Notes under the pieces: model-generated
Told to the model about the DNA's origin: nothing
Seen by the model: only the letters and a program-made list of their open reading frames with translations
Databases searched by the model: none
Position numbers and translations under genes: made by a program
Virus record (IMG/VR): IMGVR_UViG_3300021962_000022
DNA from: a virus
Taxonomy: Duplodnaviria; Caudoviricetes
Length of the DNA: 64,000 bases
Reading direction: 5' to 3' (one strand)
Part shown: positions 1-11,121 of the stretch, piece after piece
How positions within the stretch are numbered: the first letter of the stretch is position 1
Layout of the letters: every line of letters starts with the position of its first letter

Positions 1-3000
1 TGAAATAAGTTGTGTCACATCACCGTTTAAAATCTGTTTGTATGTGTTAAACGGATATGTAGACGTATACCCCGTATTTGAAAAGAAATCTTTATACCCA
101 AACTCCGCATTTGTGTCGAGTCTATAATTGATATACAATCCCAACATTTCTTTAAAGTTTTGATATGAAGTTGGTCCTATATTTCTTACAACAGAACAAT
201 TAGGGTCTAGAGTTGGGTCAACACATATTTCTTTTATAAACTCATCTCTCGGACCTAAATCCATAATTGTTGTTGGGTGTCTTAAAGTACTAAACTGCGA
301 ACCTGATGATGTTTTTTGAAAAATCGAACCATTCCATTTTGTGGACCTGTAGTAAAATCTTTTTACCGGTTCATTGGATGTTTTTTCTTTTACTTTATAG
401 TAAACTAAGTTTTCACAATAATTTGTTCCTCTTACATTCAAATCTAAATTTTCTTCATCATCCCATCTCACTCTCGCTTTAAATGGGAACATATACAACG
501 AACCCGCTAACCAATTATCAAAAAATGAATAATTTGCAATACCCTCACAGAATACTTTATTGACTAATTTTCTTCTAGCATATTCTCTAATTAATTTGAA
601 TTGCACGGGTCTATTGTCACCATGTGCAGCGGGTATTACTGTATAAACACCAAATCTAAATTCGGAAAATCCACTTCTAGTATCACATGGTGGATTTTTA
701 CAAGGATTTTTAGATAGGTTATTTGCTGCAACTTGACCAACAATCATTAAATTTAAACTGTTACAATTAGTTCCGGGATTTGCGATAACTTGGGAAGTAT
801 TATTATAATCCGCGGTCACTCCTGACGCACAATAGGTTAATGGTACTATACCACTATCATCATAGATTGTATTTTGAGATAAACACCCTTCTGGTAATGC
901 ACTACTATCAAATGAACTGATTGATGAGCCCGTGAAAGGATAGTAGTTATCGTATATTTCATATGTAAAACCTGTCCAAACATAATCTTTTGGTATCGAT
1001 TGGTTTCTCCAACTTAAATACGAACCAGTATCTTGAGCAACATAACCCGTGGTTGAACCAGATACATATGTTGATAGATTTAACTCAAAGGTTGTACCGG
1101 TGGTTAATGTCCCCAATGTTGTTATGTCTGAACTTTGTGCGTAAGGGTTGGCGATATAGTACAATAACTTAACATAATAAGTTCTACCTGTGGCACTACC
1201 TGAGAGGTAATTGTTGTATATAGTTGTTAATGACTGACCATAGGTGTATCCCGTGTAATTGTATTGGGTCAAACCTGAAGATGGTAATTCACTTAATATA
1301 TATTCATCAATATTACTAATTGGGTCTGCAATGTAAACATCAGTAACCGTACTATCGCAAGTTCCAACTACTGACGGAACAGCATCACCACCCGAATAAG
1401 CCATTGAACCATCTCTAGCACAGATTCCACTTGTTGGGGAACCACTAAATGGTATTGAAACACTTTGTGGTGTGTTTGTTGTACAATCAATCCAATTATA
1501 TGTTGTTGTACCTGTTGTTGGTACATTTAAATTATATGTTGTACAGTTTACTAAAAATCTTAATTTATCCCTAACCGCTCTACCCGAACCAACTTTTTGA
1601 TAAATTAAAGACGGGTCACTTTCGGTTGGTGGGTTTTCATTAAAAACTTGTATTTCATCACACGATTCACACTCGGGATAAACTACAGTACTAAGATGAA
1701 CGGTACCCAAAGCTTGTAAAGGTTCAATGACCACACTATCGAAAAAATTAAATGGTCTCCAATTTATAATTGTAGCACCTAATGCTCGTATGTAAATACG
1801 AAAATCATACAGGAATTGAAATGGTATAATTATGATTTGTATTGCACCAACAAAAGCGGTGTATATTACCCTTTCAAATACATTAATTATAATTGCCAAT
1901 AAAATAGCAAAACTAAACTTTCTCCACGCGTAATTAATTGGTGGTGTAACTACACTTGATTCACAATCCTCTTCGGCTTTTGGTGCAATATCTTTAATAC
2001 CTAAGAAATTATCTTTTTCACCTATAAAAAAGTGACCACTTCTATAAGAAGTCACCGAATATACCTTATTGTATGAGAATCTATAGAAATAATCTTCAGG
2101 GAAATAACTTCCATAAGTTTGGTTAAAAATAACCGAAGAACTTGTTGCCGAAGTTGGATAGTCATCCCAATCTAATGAGAAGGCGTATGAACCATCAACA
2201 TCAGAATTGTATTCTCGTATATTTGGGAGTAAATAACTAGCAACATATCTAACTCTACCTAAAGTTTGGTTTTTACCTGATATTCTAAATCGATAACACG
2301 CGGAAGTTGGGATTCCTTTGTTTGGGTCGTTTGTGATTTCGTTTTCACCAAATTCGTTTGTGAATATAAAATCCATATTCATAGGTAATGGAACCACGAA
2401 TGAACCATCTTCCTCTATGTCTTCTTGAATTTCATATCTTTCTAATATAGGTCTACCCTTTGTATCTTTATTTGGTGTGAATCTTATTATTTCAATTGTT
2501 GCATCAAATGTTGTTAAATCACATTTTCGACCCATTTCACCCCGAGGTCTACAATTTTTATTGAGTGTATTTTTACCTTTGTCTGAATAAATCGAACCTA
2601 ATAGATATGCTTTAGGTTCAACCTTAACACCCTTACTTGATAAATCAAAGTCGGTTCTGGTTAATCCAATCTCACATAAATCTTCGTTACCCCAAAAAGG
2701 ATAAACCTCTACTGTTTGATTGAATGAAACAATTTGAGGTAAAGTATCTAAATCGTTTGATGATTTGTAAGAATATGTATTTTTGAATTTGTCAACCCCA
2801 AGTCCTTGTCTAATAAAATCATCAGGTCTTAATGAAAAACAACCAATATCTGATAAATCAACATCAACATGTATTGTTTGTATACCAACAGGTACACCCC
2901 AAATCATGAAGTCACCAGCATCGTTTGTTTTAACGGTGTACTTGTAATATTTTTCATACACTTCAAGTACTTCTTCTCTTGTTAAAATATCTTTTTGGTC

Positions 3001-3363
3001 AGGAAACGTACCGGTTGGTTCATGTCCTCCGTGTTGTTTTCTACTCGGTAATAAATTATAACGATAACCATTCTCATTCCTATCGTCAACTGTTGTAAAC
3101 GGATAAAGAGCCGATATTACAGGGTCGTTAGAGTCCTCTTCGGATATTGGAATAAAAATCGAGACTCTGGCGTTTGGTACACCAAAACCGTTATTTACAA
3201 AAATTCGACCGCAGACAACACCGTAATCCGCACACATTGACGAATACGCTTCGGTTTGTGTAAACTTAAGAGATAAAATCTCCAATAAATCGAAGTCGTT
3301 TTTAAGTTCGACTACGACTTTTTGGTCTTTACCTATATTTGTGGAAATTCTATGTTTCTGCAT
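1..3363 (-). CDS. Very large putative virion protein (>=1121 aa, runs off left edge)
   Basis: Hand translation from ATG at 3363 (MQKHRISTNIGKDQKVVVELKNDFDLLEILSLKF...) is open to base 1; absent from the ORF track because there is no stop in the window; Cys- and S/T/G-rich with a hydrophobic stretch; TATTTATA 7 nt upstream; follows baseplate genes. Confidence 0.85.
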   Translation of the reverse strand, partial: MQKHRISTNIGKDQKVVVELKNDFDLLEILSLKFTQTEAYSSMCADYGVVCGRIFVNNGFGVPNARVSIFIPISEEDSNDPVISALYPFTTVDDRNENGYRYNLLPSRKQHGGHEPTGTFPDQKDILTREEVLEVYEKYYKYTVKTNDAGDFMIWGVPVGIQTIHVDVDLSDIGCFSLRPDDFIRQGLGVDKFKNTYSYKSSNDLDTLPQIVSFNQTVEVYPFWGNEDLCEIGLTRTDFDLSSKGVKVEPKAYLLGSIYSDKGKNTLNKNCRPRGEMGRKCDLTTFDATIEIIRFTPNKDTKGRPILERYEIQEDIEEDGSFVVPLPMNMDFIFTNEFGENEITNDPNKGIPTSACYRFRISGKNQTLGRVRYVASYLLPNIREYNSDVDGSYAFSLDWDDYPTSATSSSVIFNQTYGSYFPEDYFYRFSYNKVYSVTSYRSGHFFIGEKDNFLGIKDIAPKAEEDCESSVVTPPINYAWRKFSFAILLAIIINVFERVIYTAFVGAIQIIIIPFQFLYDFRIYIRALGATIINWRPFNFFDSVVIEPLQALGTVHLSTVVYPECESCDEIQVFNENPPTESDPSLIYQKVGSGRAVRDKLRFLVNCTTYNLNVPTTGTTTYNWIDCTTNTPQSVSIPFSGSPTSGICARDGSMAYSGGDAVPSVVGTCDSTVTDVYIADPISNIDEYILSELPSSGLTQYNYTGYTYGQSLTTIYNNYLSGSATGRTYYVKLLYYIANPYAQSSDITTLGTLTTGTTFELNLSTYVSGSTTGYVAQDTGSYLSWRNQSIPKDYVWTGFTYEIYDNYYPFTGSSISSFDSSALPEGCLSQNTIYDDSGIVPLTYCASGVTADYNNTSQVIANPGTNCNSLNLMIVGQVAANNLSKNPCKNPPCDTRSGFSEFRFGVYTVIPAAHGDNRPVQFKLIREYARRKLVNKVFCEGIANYSFFDNWLAGSLYMFPFKARVRWDDEENLDLNVRGTNYCENLVYYKVKEKTSNEPVKRFYYRSTKWNGSIFQKTSSGSQFSTLRHPTTIMDLGPRDEFIKEICVDPTLDPNCSVVRNIGPTSYQNFKEMLGLYINYRLDTNAEFGYKDFFSNTGYTSTYPFNTYKQILNGDVTQLIS

Positions 3364-3417
3364 TCTTCTATATAAATAGAAAATTATGGATTTCCAGAAA
3401 AATAAATAAAAATTAAA

Positions 3418-5250
3418 TTAGAATGTAGTCGTTCCTAAGGTTTTTACTCTAACTTTTATATCTTTCTGTGGAAATCTTATTTGATATATTTGGTTAGATT
3501 TCATGTATATGGTCATATCTGATTGTGAAATTTCTTTTGTGTTAGCATCAACATAAGCTTGGGCAACTTCAGAAGATGAATATTCACCACCGATATTATT
3601 GAAAACCCTAATATCAACAGCGTTTACAACACCATTTACTTCACCTATTGTTTTGTATAAATCACCAACGAATAATGGGTCTCCCATTTTTCTTTTTTCT
3701 ATTGAAAAATAACTCACTGTATCCTCGATAATTGTTTTAACAATTTCTGTTTGGTTTCCGTTTTTATCGATTACAACATCAATTTCTAATGTGAAATCAA
3801 CAACTTCACCACTCTCAACGTCTAAGAAGTCATTGACCATTCTATATTCAGCCAAATATGTAAGTATATTATTTTTTAGTGTGTTGGAAACAGTATCAAT
3901 TAAATTACCATTTTCATCATAAGACAGTAATTTAATTTTAATCTTATTGTCTTCTTCCATCACATTAACTTTAGCTGGTGCACCATAAGTAGATGGCATT
4001 GTTTCAATTAAAGACTTATAGTCATTAAGTGTAACCGCTCTGTTTTGTGCTGAGAAGTTATATGCAATCATGTTTCTAACTTCTTCAATACTTGGTTGGT
4101 CAGCTCCACCCACTGCGGGAGTTACGTTGGTAACGGTTAAAGAATTCTGTACTTGTGTATTTGTATTTGAATTTGGTCCACCTACAACAAATTCTACGTT
4201 ATCAACACTCGTAATAACATCAATACCAATGTTACTATCTTTTCCACCACCTATTCTATATTTTACGAATAAAGTGGTGTTTGATTTTGGTAATGCCCCA
4301 AGTGATAGGTTGTTAAGGTAAGTACCAAGACTTACTCTTAAACTACCTTGATTGTAGTTATCTAAATTATCCAAAGGATTCACATTGCCAGAACCGAATG
4401 TTACCGAAAAATAATTTTCAGGTGTGTATTCTGTGATAAATTTATTTGTTACAGGTACATAAGTTCCTGATATAAAATTATCACTATCTGAAGCCGATGT
4501 TGGGTCAGGGATAAAAACTTTATCTTGTATTAAAGTTTTTACTTCATACCATTTGTTTTCTGAACTTAAAAATTCAGAATTAGTAGGGTTATTTACGAAG
4601 TTTGTACCTTCTTTATGGATGACACCACTAACACCTAAAATATTTTGTTCGGGTAAATAAATTTTTAAAAAGGGTTTTTGGTCTACTTCTGTAATAACTT
4701 TTCTAAAGATTCTCGTAACCCCATTAACAACCGCTTCTCTCTTTACAATCGAATATGAAATTAATCTATTATTACCATCAAAATTAGGAATTTTTAATCT
4801 GTTAGGTTCCCCTCTTTTGTTGAATGGGTTTGAGAAGTCAATGTCCTCTATGGTTTCAAAAACTTGTCCTCCACCAGAAACTTGTGCCCCCGATTTAATT
4901 GTACCTAAATAACGTTCATCTTCCTTATCACCTCTAACAGGTACTTGTATTGTAAAATCACACAAAGCAACTGATGGTCGGTTTCCTGGTATTCTCATAC
5001 CGTATGTCTTAGCAATATGATATAAGGATTGTCTTTGTTGTGCAAAATCCAACATGGTTTCTTGCCAAACCCTATCAATATGAAAGTGTAAGTTATCTGT
5101 TACAGCGGCGTTTAAATCCAATAATACAGAATATATTGACGCGTCATTTGTGTTTTTAATTAAATCAGGATAATATTCCCTTGTAAGATTGACTAATTCC
5201 TGTCTTAAACTAGCAAAGTCTCTTACGGCATATGATATTTTTTTAGCCAT
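3418..5250 (-). CDS. Baseplate wedge subunit (T4 gp6/baseplate J-like)
   Basis: 610 aa; N-terminal RDFASLRQEL...DLNAAVTDNLHFHID and GGADQPSIEEVR...QNRAVTLNDY motifs; adjacent to gp25-like gene. Confidence 0.85.
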   Translation of the reverse strand: MAKKISYAVRDFASLRQELVNLTREYYPDLIKNTNDASIYSVLLDLNAAVTDNLHFHIDRVWQETMLDFAQQRQSLYHIAKTYGMRIPGNRPSVALCDFTIQVPVRGDKEDERYLGTIKSGAQVSGGGQVFETIEDIDFSNPFNKRGEPNRLKIPNFDGNNRLISYSIVKREAVVNGVTRIFRKVITEVDQKPFLKIYLPEQNILGVSGVIHKEGTNFVNNPTNSEFLSSENKWYEVKTLIQDKVFIPDPTSASDSDNFISGTYVPVTNKFITEYTPENYFSVTFGSGNVNPLDNLDNYNQGSLRVSLGTYLNNLSLGALPKSNTTLFVKYRIGGGKDSNIGIDVITSVDNVEFVVGGPNSNTNTQVQNSLTVTNVTPAVGGADQPSIEEVRNMIAYNFSAQNRAVTLNDYKSLIETMPSTYGAPAKVNVMEEDNKIKIKLLSYDENGNLIDTVSNTLKNNILTYLAEYRMVNDFLDVESGEVVDFTLEIDVVIDKNGNQTEIVKTIIEDTVSYFSIEKRKMGDPLFVGDLYKTIGEVNGVVNAVDIRVFNNIGGEYSSSEVAQAYVDANTKEISQSDMTIYMKSNQIYQIRFPQKDIKVRVKTLGTTTF

Positions 5251-5251
5251 G

Positions 5252-5704
5252 TTATATGTTAATAATTATAAAATCAGACGAAACAAAAGGTTCGTTATTT
5301 ATGTCATAGTCAATCCTAACTTTAGCGGTATATGGTTTTGTAGAATAATCCGAAACTCTAAATAATCTTGAATCTTCATCTTCTTGAGGACTTGTTGGTT
5401 CCTCAGGGTCTTGGTCTGCCGCAGTTACTCTAATTGATTTAATTTCCAAATTGGGTATGTAAGTTTTTACTGAAGTTCTAATCTCATCTTCAATCTGTCC
5501 CCACGTAACCGCGTCGTTTGGTTCAAAAATAAATTCATATAATCTAGTACCAAAATCAGGCAAATAATATCTTGAACCTTTTCTTGTTAATAATAAATGA
5601 ATTAGGTTCGCACGAATCTCTCTTTCAGGTGTTTCGGTCATCACCAAAAAATCACCTTTGGGACTAATTCTAAATGGAAAATCTATACCATACGTTATCG
5701 CCAT
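5252..5704 (-). CDS. gp25-like baseplate wedge protein
   Basis: YGIDFPF...IRANLIHLLLTRKGSRYYLPDFGTRLYEFIFEP signature; start reassigned to ATG 5704 (MAITYG) because the longer track ORF crosses a terminator. Confidence 0.85.
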   Translation of the reverse strand: MAITYGIDFPFRISPKGDFLVMTETPEREIRANLIHLLLTRKGSRYYLPDFGTRLYEFIFEPNDAVTWGQIEDEIRTSVKTYIPNLEIKSIRVTAADQDPEEPTSPQEDEDSRLFRVSDYSTKPYTAKVRIDYDINNEPFVSSDFIIINI

Positions 5705-5740
5705 ACTAATAAATATAACTAAAGAAGAAATACTTATAAA

Positions 5741-5767
5741 TAAAAAATCCCAACCGAAGTTGGGATT
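5741..5767 (-). terminator. Intrinsic terminator downstream of nrdA
   Basis: Minus strand AATCCCAAC-TTCG-GTTGGGATT followed by T-run. Confidence 0.85.
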
Positions 5768-5774
5768 GTGTATA

Positions 5775-5856
5775 TTGTTTGATTTTTTTGCTCCTTTTAT
5801 AATCAAACAAAGTAGATGTTTGCGGTAGGTCGCGAACTATTATTGGAGCCATCTAC
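5775..5856 (-). ncRNA. Putative structured RNA in nrdA 3' UTR (two stems plus loop-loop pairing)
   Basis: GTAGATG/CATCTAC (7 bp), TTGTTTGATT/AATCAAACAA (10 bp), complementary loop segments GCTCC/GGAGC; I could not assign a known family. Confidence 0.4.
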
Positions 5857-5858
5857 AG

Positions 5859-8291
5859 TTACGAGCCACAACCTTCACATTCAAAAGGAGAATCTGTTGG
5901 TCTTGATGGTAACGCCATCTCAACAACTTCCTCTTCTTGTTGTTTATTTTGGTTGTATGAAGTGTTTTGTACTTCGTTGGCTTCAACTGTAGGTTTCGCT
6001 GTTGAGGTATCAATACCTAAACCCTTGATTGGGTCAACAGCCGCTCTAGTTCTGAGATAGTACATCCCAGTTTTCAAACCAAGTTTCCATCCATAAAGAT
6101 GTGCTGCTAAAACTTTGGTTTTGTTCGCGTTGTCAATAAATAAATTTAATGATTGTGATTGGTCAATATAAATCGACCTATTCGCAGCCATGGTCAAAAT
6201 TCTTTTTTGAGACATTTCCCAAACTGTCTTGTATACCTCTTTTACTTCAACAGGTATTTCGGGAATGTTCTGTACGGAACCATTTTCCATGATTAGTTTT
6301 TTCTTCAAATCATCTGACCATAAACCTCTTTCAAGTAATTCATTTACGAGGTGTTTATTGATAACAATAAATTCACCACCTAAAGTTCTTCTTGAATATA
6401 AATTAGATGTAAACGGTTCAAACGCTTCGTTATTACCAAGGATTTGTGCAGTAGACGCTGTTGGCATCGGAGCAACTAACAAAGAATTTCTTACACCGTG
6501 TTTTACGATTTCTTTTCTTAAAGTCTTCCAATCCCATCTTCCGCTTGTGTCTTTATCGGTTTTACCCCACAATTCATATTGAAGTATACCTTTAGATAAT
6601 GGAGAACCTTCAAATGTTGAATAATGACCGTGTTCAATTGCCAAATCTTTAGACGATGTTAATGCCGCAAAATAAATTGTTTCAAAAATTTCAACTTGTA
6701 GTTTGTCGGCATTTTCACTTTCAAAAGGTAATCTTAACACACAAAAAACATCTGCCAATCCTTGTACACCTAAACCAACTGGTCTGTGTTTCATATTTGA
6801 AAGTTTTGTTTCCTCTGTAGGATAAAAATTCAAATCAATAACGTTGTTTAGGTTTTTTACCACTTGGTACACATATTCATAAAGTAATTCGTGGTTGAAT
6901 TCTTTATTAATAATGTATTTTGGTAATGCAATTGATGCTAAATTACAAACCGCCTGTTCTTCAGGACTTGAATACTCGATAATCTCAGTACACAAATTTG
7001 AGGATTTAATCGTGCCCAAGTTTTTTTGATTTGATTTATAATTTGCAGCGTCTTTATATAACATGTAAGGTGTGCCGGTCTCGATTTGTGCGGTCAAAAT
7101 TGCATCCATCAATTTTCTCGCCTTCACAACTTTTCTGGCTCTACCTTCTTTTTCATATCTTTCATAAAGTTCGGTGAATTCTTGCGTAAATGAAAATGGG
7201 TCATCATATGCATCAGATAAACCCGGTGCTTCATCAGGTGAAAATAATGACCAATCACCATCTTCCTCAACTCTCTTCATGAAAAGATTTGGGGTCCACA
7301 TTGCCAAGAATAAATCACGAGCTCTCATTTCTTCTTTACCGTGGTTTTTTCTTAAATCAATAAACTCAAACACATCTGAATGCCATGGTTCAAGATAGAT
7401 AGCAAAAGAACCTTTTCTTTTACCACCTTGATTAATCCAACGAGCAACTTCGTTGTATGTTTTCATCATTGGTAGTAATCCATCCGATTCACCGCCTGTC
7501 CCTTTAATGTACGACCCTTTACCTCTAACGTCGTGAACATGTAGTCCAATACCACCAGCCCATTTAGAAATCTTTGCAACGTCTTTAATGGTGTCAAATA
7601 GACCATCAATATCATCTCCCTTGTTACCAATTAAGAAACAAGATGACATTTGTGGACGACGAGTTCCCGCATTAAATAATGTTGGTGTGGCATGAGTGTA
7701 AAAATGTTGTGATAGGTCGTCGTAGATTCTTAAAGCAGTCTCTAAATCACCATTACAAATACCAACCGCAACTCTCATGTACATGTATTGGGGTCTCTCA
7801 ACAATTCGTTTACCGATTCTTAATAAGTAAGAACGTTCAAGTGTTTTAAAACCAAAGTAATCAAAATCAAAATCTCTTTCTTGTGCAACAGCACCATCCA
7901 ATGATTCTCTATTTTGAATTACGAATTGATAAACCTCGTCAGATATCAATGAAGATTCTTTACCTGTTTTAGGTTCATTAAAAGAATATAATTCTTTAAT
8001 ACACTGTGAAAACTTTTTTGGTGTTGTTTTATGTAGGTTAGAAACCGCTAGTCTACCCGCCAATTTAGCATAATCAGAATGTGTTGTAACCATTGAAGCC
8101 GCGGTCTCCGCCGCTAATGTGTCTAATTCTGTTGTTGATATACCATCATAGATTCCCTGCGTAACTTTAAGGGTAACCAATGTAGGGTCAACGTATTCTA
8201 AATTTAAATCATCACAAAAAAATTGTATTCTTCGTGTAATTTTGTCATATCTCATTTCTTCCAATGAGCCGTCTCTCTTTTTTACTTTCAT
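5859..8291 (-). CDS. nrdA: Ribonucleotide reductase class Ia alpha subunit
   Basis: ATP cone (VKKRDG), TPTLFNAG, SNLCTEI, APMPTAST, C-terminal CEGC. Confidence 0.98.
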   Translation of the reverse strand: MKVKKRDGSLEEMRYDKITRRIQFFCDDLNLEYVDPTLVTLKVTQGIYDGISTTELDTLAAETAASMVTTHSDYAKLAGRLAVSNLHKTTPKKFSQCIKELYSFNEPKTGKESSLISDEVYQFVIQNRESLDGAVAQERDFDFDYFGFKTLERSYLLRIGKRIVERPQYMYMRVAVGICNGDLETALRIYDDLSQHFYTHATPTLFNAGTRRPQMSSCFLIGNKGDDIDGLFDTIKDVAKISKWAGGIGLHVHDVRGKGSYIKGTGGESDGLLPMMKTYNEVARWINQGGKRKGSFAIYLEPWHSDVFEFIDLRKNHGKEEMRARDLFLAMWTPNLFMKRVEEDGDWSLFSPDEAPGLSDAYDDPFSFTQEFTELYERYEKEGRARKVVKARKLMDAILTAQIETGTPYMLYKDAANYKSNQKNLGTIKSSNLCTEIIEYSSPEEQAVCNLASIALPKYIINKEFNHELLYEYVYQVVKNLNNVIDLNFYPTEETKLSNMKHRPVGLGVQGLADVFCVLRLPFESENADKLQVEIFETIYFAALTSSKDLAIEHGHYSTFEGSPLSKGILQYELWGKTDKDTSGRWDWKTLRKEIVKHGVRNSLLVAPMPTASTAQILGNNEAFEPFTSNLYSRRTLGGEFIVINKHLVNELLERGLWSDDLKKKLIMENGSVQNIPEIPVEVKEVYKTVWEMSQKRILTMAANRSIYIDQSQSLNLFIDNANKTKVLAAHLYGWKLGLKTGMYYLRTRAAVDPIKGLGIDTSTAKPTVEANEVQNTSYNQNKQQEEEVVEMALPSRPTDSPFECEGCGS

Positions 8292-8297
8292 AATATT

Positions 8298-9275
8298 TTA
8301 AAAATCTATATCGTCAAATGATGTATCCATATCTTCGATGGATACGTTATTATTAACACCCGCTTTTTGGTATTCTGCCACTCTTTTTTCAAAGAAATTG
8401 GTTTTACCCTGTAATGCAATGTTTTGCATAAAGTCAAACGGATTTTCTGAATTATAGACCTTAGAACAATTTAAAGACACTAACAATCTATCTGTTACGA
8501 ATTCCAAATATTGTGACATCAAATCAGAATTCATACCAATTAATTTTACAGGTAGGGCCTCTAAAATAAATTCCTTTTCAATCTCTAAAGCCCCACAGAT
8601 TATCTCTTTAATCTTTTTCTCACTTATTTTATTTTCAATGTGATTATTGAATAAGTGACAAGCAAAGTCACAGTGCATTCCTTCGTCTCTTGAAATGAGC
8701 TCATTTGAGAAGGTTAATCCTGGCATTAAACCACGTTTTTTGAGCCAGAAAATGGAACAGAATGAGCCAGAAAAGAAAATACCCTCAACAGCAGCAAACG
8801 CCAACAACCTTTCCACAAAAGATTTTGAATTAATCCATTTGATTGCCCATTCCGCTTTTTTCTTAATTGCAGGTACGGTTTCAATTGCATTAAACAATTT
8901 GTTTTGTTCTTGTTTGTCTTTGATGTAGGTATCAATCAAAAGTGAATAGGTTTCACTATGAATATTTTCCATCATGATTTGAAAACCGTAAAACATTTTC
9001 ACCTCAGTGTACTGAACTTCATTGACAAAGTTCATTGCCAAGTTTTCATTCACAATACCGTCTGAAGCTGCGAAAAACGCTAAAACGTGTTTAACGAAAT
9101 GTTGTTCATCCTCGTTCAATTTGTTTTCCCAATCATAGATGTCTTGTGCCAAATCAATTTCTTCGGCGGTCCAAAAACACGCCTCTTGTTGTTTGTAAAG
9201 TCTCCAAATGTCGTGGTGTTCGATTGGAAAAAGGACAAATCGTCCGGGATTTTCTTTTAAAATCTTTTCTGTCAT
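8298..9275 (-). CDS. nrdB: Ribonucleotide reductase class Ia beta subunit
   Basis: [41 protein letters not shown]. Confidence 0.98.
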   Translation of the reverse strand: MTEKILKENPGRFVLFPIEHHDIWRLYKQQEACFWTAEEIDLAQDIYDWENKLNEDEQHFVKHVLAFFAASDGIVNENLAMNFVNEVQYTEVKMFYGFQIMMENIHSETYSLLIDTYIKDKQEQNKLFNAIETVPAIKKKAEWAIKWINSKSFVERLLAFAAVEGIFFSGSFCSIFWLKKRGLMPGLTFSNELISRDEGMHCDFACHLFNNHIENKISEKKIKEIICGALEIEKEFILEALPVKLIGMNSDLMSQYLEFVTDRLLVSLNCSKVYNSENPFDFMQNIALQGKTNFFEKRVAEYQKAGVNNNVSIEDMDTSFDDIDF

Positions 9276-9286
9276 GGTGTTTATTA

Positions 9287-10663
9287 TTAATTTCTATTTA
9301 ATGTTTCTTGTCTTTTCATAAACGCATCCTTAATTCTTTCGGAATTGTTTTTTTGTTTTTCTTCCTTGTGACCAAGTAGTGTAGTTTGTGACTCGGTATC
9401 AATAACCAAAAGTCGGTTGTCAAATTTACAATTTTGCCATATGATACCATCTCTACCAATTCTTGATTTAAGTAATGTCATGGTTGCTAAATTGTGTTCT
9501 TTTTGTTCAATAGTTTTACCTATTGATAGAATAACGTGTGCAATTTGAGCTTTCTTAATTGAACCACCCATTTGGTCGCTATTAACAACTTCGGATGAAA
9601 TTGATTCTCTGTTACCTTGTGTTGCCGTCCAAATAACGATTCCAAATTCACTTGTCATCGCTTCTAAACTTCTCATTACTGAACCTTCACCTTTCCATTC
9701 TTCACCGAATTGTGATTTGTCAGGACTGATACAGTCAACGTAGTCGATAACAAGTAGGTCAATTTTTTTACCCTCTGAATTTCTTTTTCTTAATCTCGAT
9801 TTGATTTCAGAGATTGTAACAGAATCACTTGGTAATTTCAAAATGTCCAAAGTTCCTTTACTTTGTGTTTGAACTTCGTTGATTTTTTCTTTTACGAAAT
9901 CTTTATTTTCAGGTTGTTCATCGGGGGCAATTCCTGACCAAATTGTATAGTGTTTCTTTTTAATGTTATCCGGATTGTCCTCAAAGAATATTTGAAGGAC
10001 GTTGTAATCGTGTAAGTAAGCGGTATTCGCAAATAAAGATAATATTGTAGTTTTACCCGTTCCTGTTGGAGCCAAAACAACACCAAGTTCTCCAGTCCCT
10101 AAACCACCCTTCAAAGCTGAATCAAGACCTTCAATTCCCGTTGGAATCGGTTGTCTATTATCCTTCTCTAAAGCCTCATCGATATTGTGGAAAACATCCA
10201 TACACTCTTCAGGTGGTAACCCAACCTGTAGGGCCTTTTGTATAATACCCTCAATTTTATGGTACTCTTGGAATTTACCATTTTCAATAATGGTAGTAAC
10301 CATTTTGAGTTCCTTCTTCAAATTTTGTTGTTTACAAAAATTTAAAGCTTCTTCTCTAACCATTGGGTCATCCACGGTATTTTCTTTAATATCGTGGATA
10401 GTGTCCAAGTGTATTCTTGCGGTCTCTTGAGAACCTAATTCAAGAATTATGGTTTGACATAGACTTTGATAATCAGGTATCTTACCATATTTCTGATAGT
10501 ATTCTTTAATGTGAGCAGTAATGAATCTAAAAGAACTATTATCAAAATATTTGCTCTCGATTACATCAATAATCTGTTCACCGTACTTTTTATCCTCTAC
10601 TATTGATTTAATTAATGTTTGTTGGAATGATGCTCCGAGAAATCCAAAATTTTTTTCTGACAT
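9287..10663 (-). CDS. Replicative DnaB/gp41-like helicase
   Basis: Walker [30 protein letters not shown]. Confidence 0.92.
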   Translation of the reverse strand: MSEKNFGFLGASFQQTLIKSIVEDKKYGEQIIDVIESKYFDNSSFRFITAHIKEYYQKYGKIPDYQSLCQTIILELGSQETARIHLDTIHDIKENTVDDPMVREEALNFCKQQNLKKELKMVTTIIENGKFQEYHKIEGIIQKALQVGLPPEECMDVFHNIDEALEKDNRQPIPTGIEGLDSALKGGLGTGELGVVLAPTGTGKTTILSLFANTAYLHDYNVLQIFFEDNPDNIKKKHYTIWSGIAPDEQPENKDFVKEKINEVQTQSKGTLDILKLPSDSVTISEIKSRLRKRNSEGKKIDLLVIDYVDCISPDKSQFGEEWKGEGSVMRSLEAMTSEFGIVIWTATQGNRESISSEVVNSDQMGGSIKKAQIAHVILSIGKTIEQKEHNLATMTLLKSRIGRDGIIWQNCKFDNRLLVIDTESQTTLLGHKEEKQKNNSERIKDAFMKRQETLNRN

Positions 10664-10677
10664 AGTTTTTTTAGTTT

Positions 10678-11121
10678 TTATAATTTGTAATTTAAATACG
10701 TTGTTTCCAAATCTTTAGATGATAAGATGTCAGTTAAGTCTGACAAATACCTCTTCAAATATGGGCGAATATCTACCGTATATCTTACCTTAGGGTGGTA
10801 GACATTAGCGGAAAACATCCTTTGAATAAATACATCGTCACCCATCTTAATCTCGAGTAAGAAATACTCTTTTTCATTTTGTTCATCAGTTTCTGCAACC
10901 TCTAAACCGTAAAAATAATCACGATTTTCGTGTAGATAATCCAATGTTTTTGTTTTTAAATCATCACTAATATCGCTACAAATATTTTTAACGTAGTAGT
11001 GTAAATCCATTGAACGTCTAGATTTGGAGTTATGCTCTCTAACGTTAAAGAATCGTTGGCAGATAATGTTTCCTTCTAAGGTCAAAAGGAACTCGAACTT
11101 TGTTACATCTTGATTACTCAT
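10678..11121 (-). CDS. Hypothetical protein in replication operon
   Basis: 147 aa, co-oriented, overlaps upstream gene by 8 bp. Confidence 0.75.
   Translation of the reverse strand: MSNQDVTKFEFLLTLEGNIICQRFFNVREHNSKSRRSMDLHYYVKNICSDISDDLKTKTLDYLHENRDYFYGLEVAETDEQNEKEYFLLEIKMGDDVFIQRMFSANVYHPKVRYTVDIRPYLKRYLSDLTDILSSKDLETTYLNYKL

Noticed and set aside
5705-5806. 34-aa N-terminal extension of the gp25-like ORF in the track
   Set aside because: It runs through the nrdA terminator; ATG 5704 has the late motif 3 nt upstream
5859-9275. Introns or inteins in nrdA/nrdB (also checked the polymerase and helicases)
   Set aside because: Motifs are contiguous and lengths typical; no LAGLIDADG/HNH insert or intein termini seen
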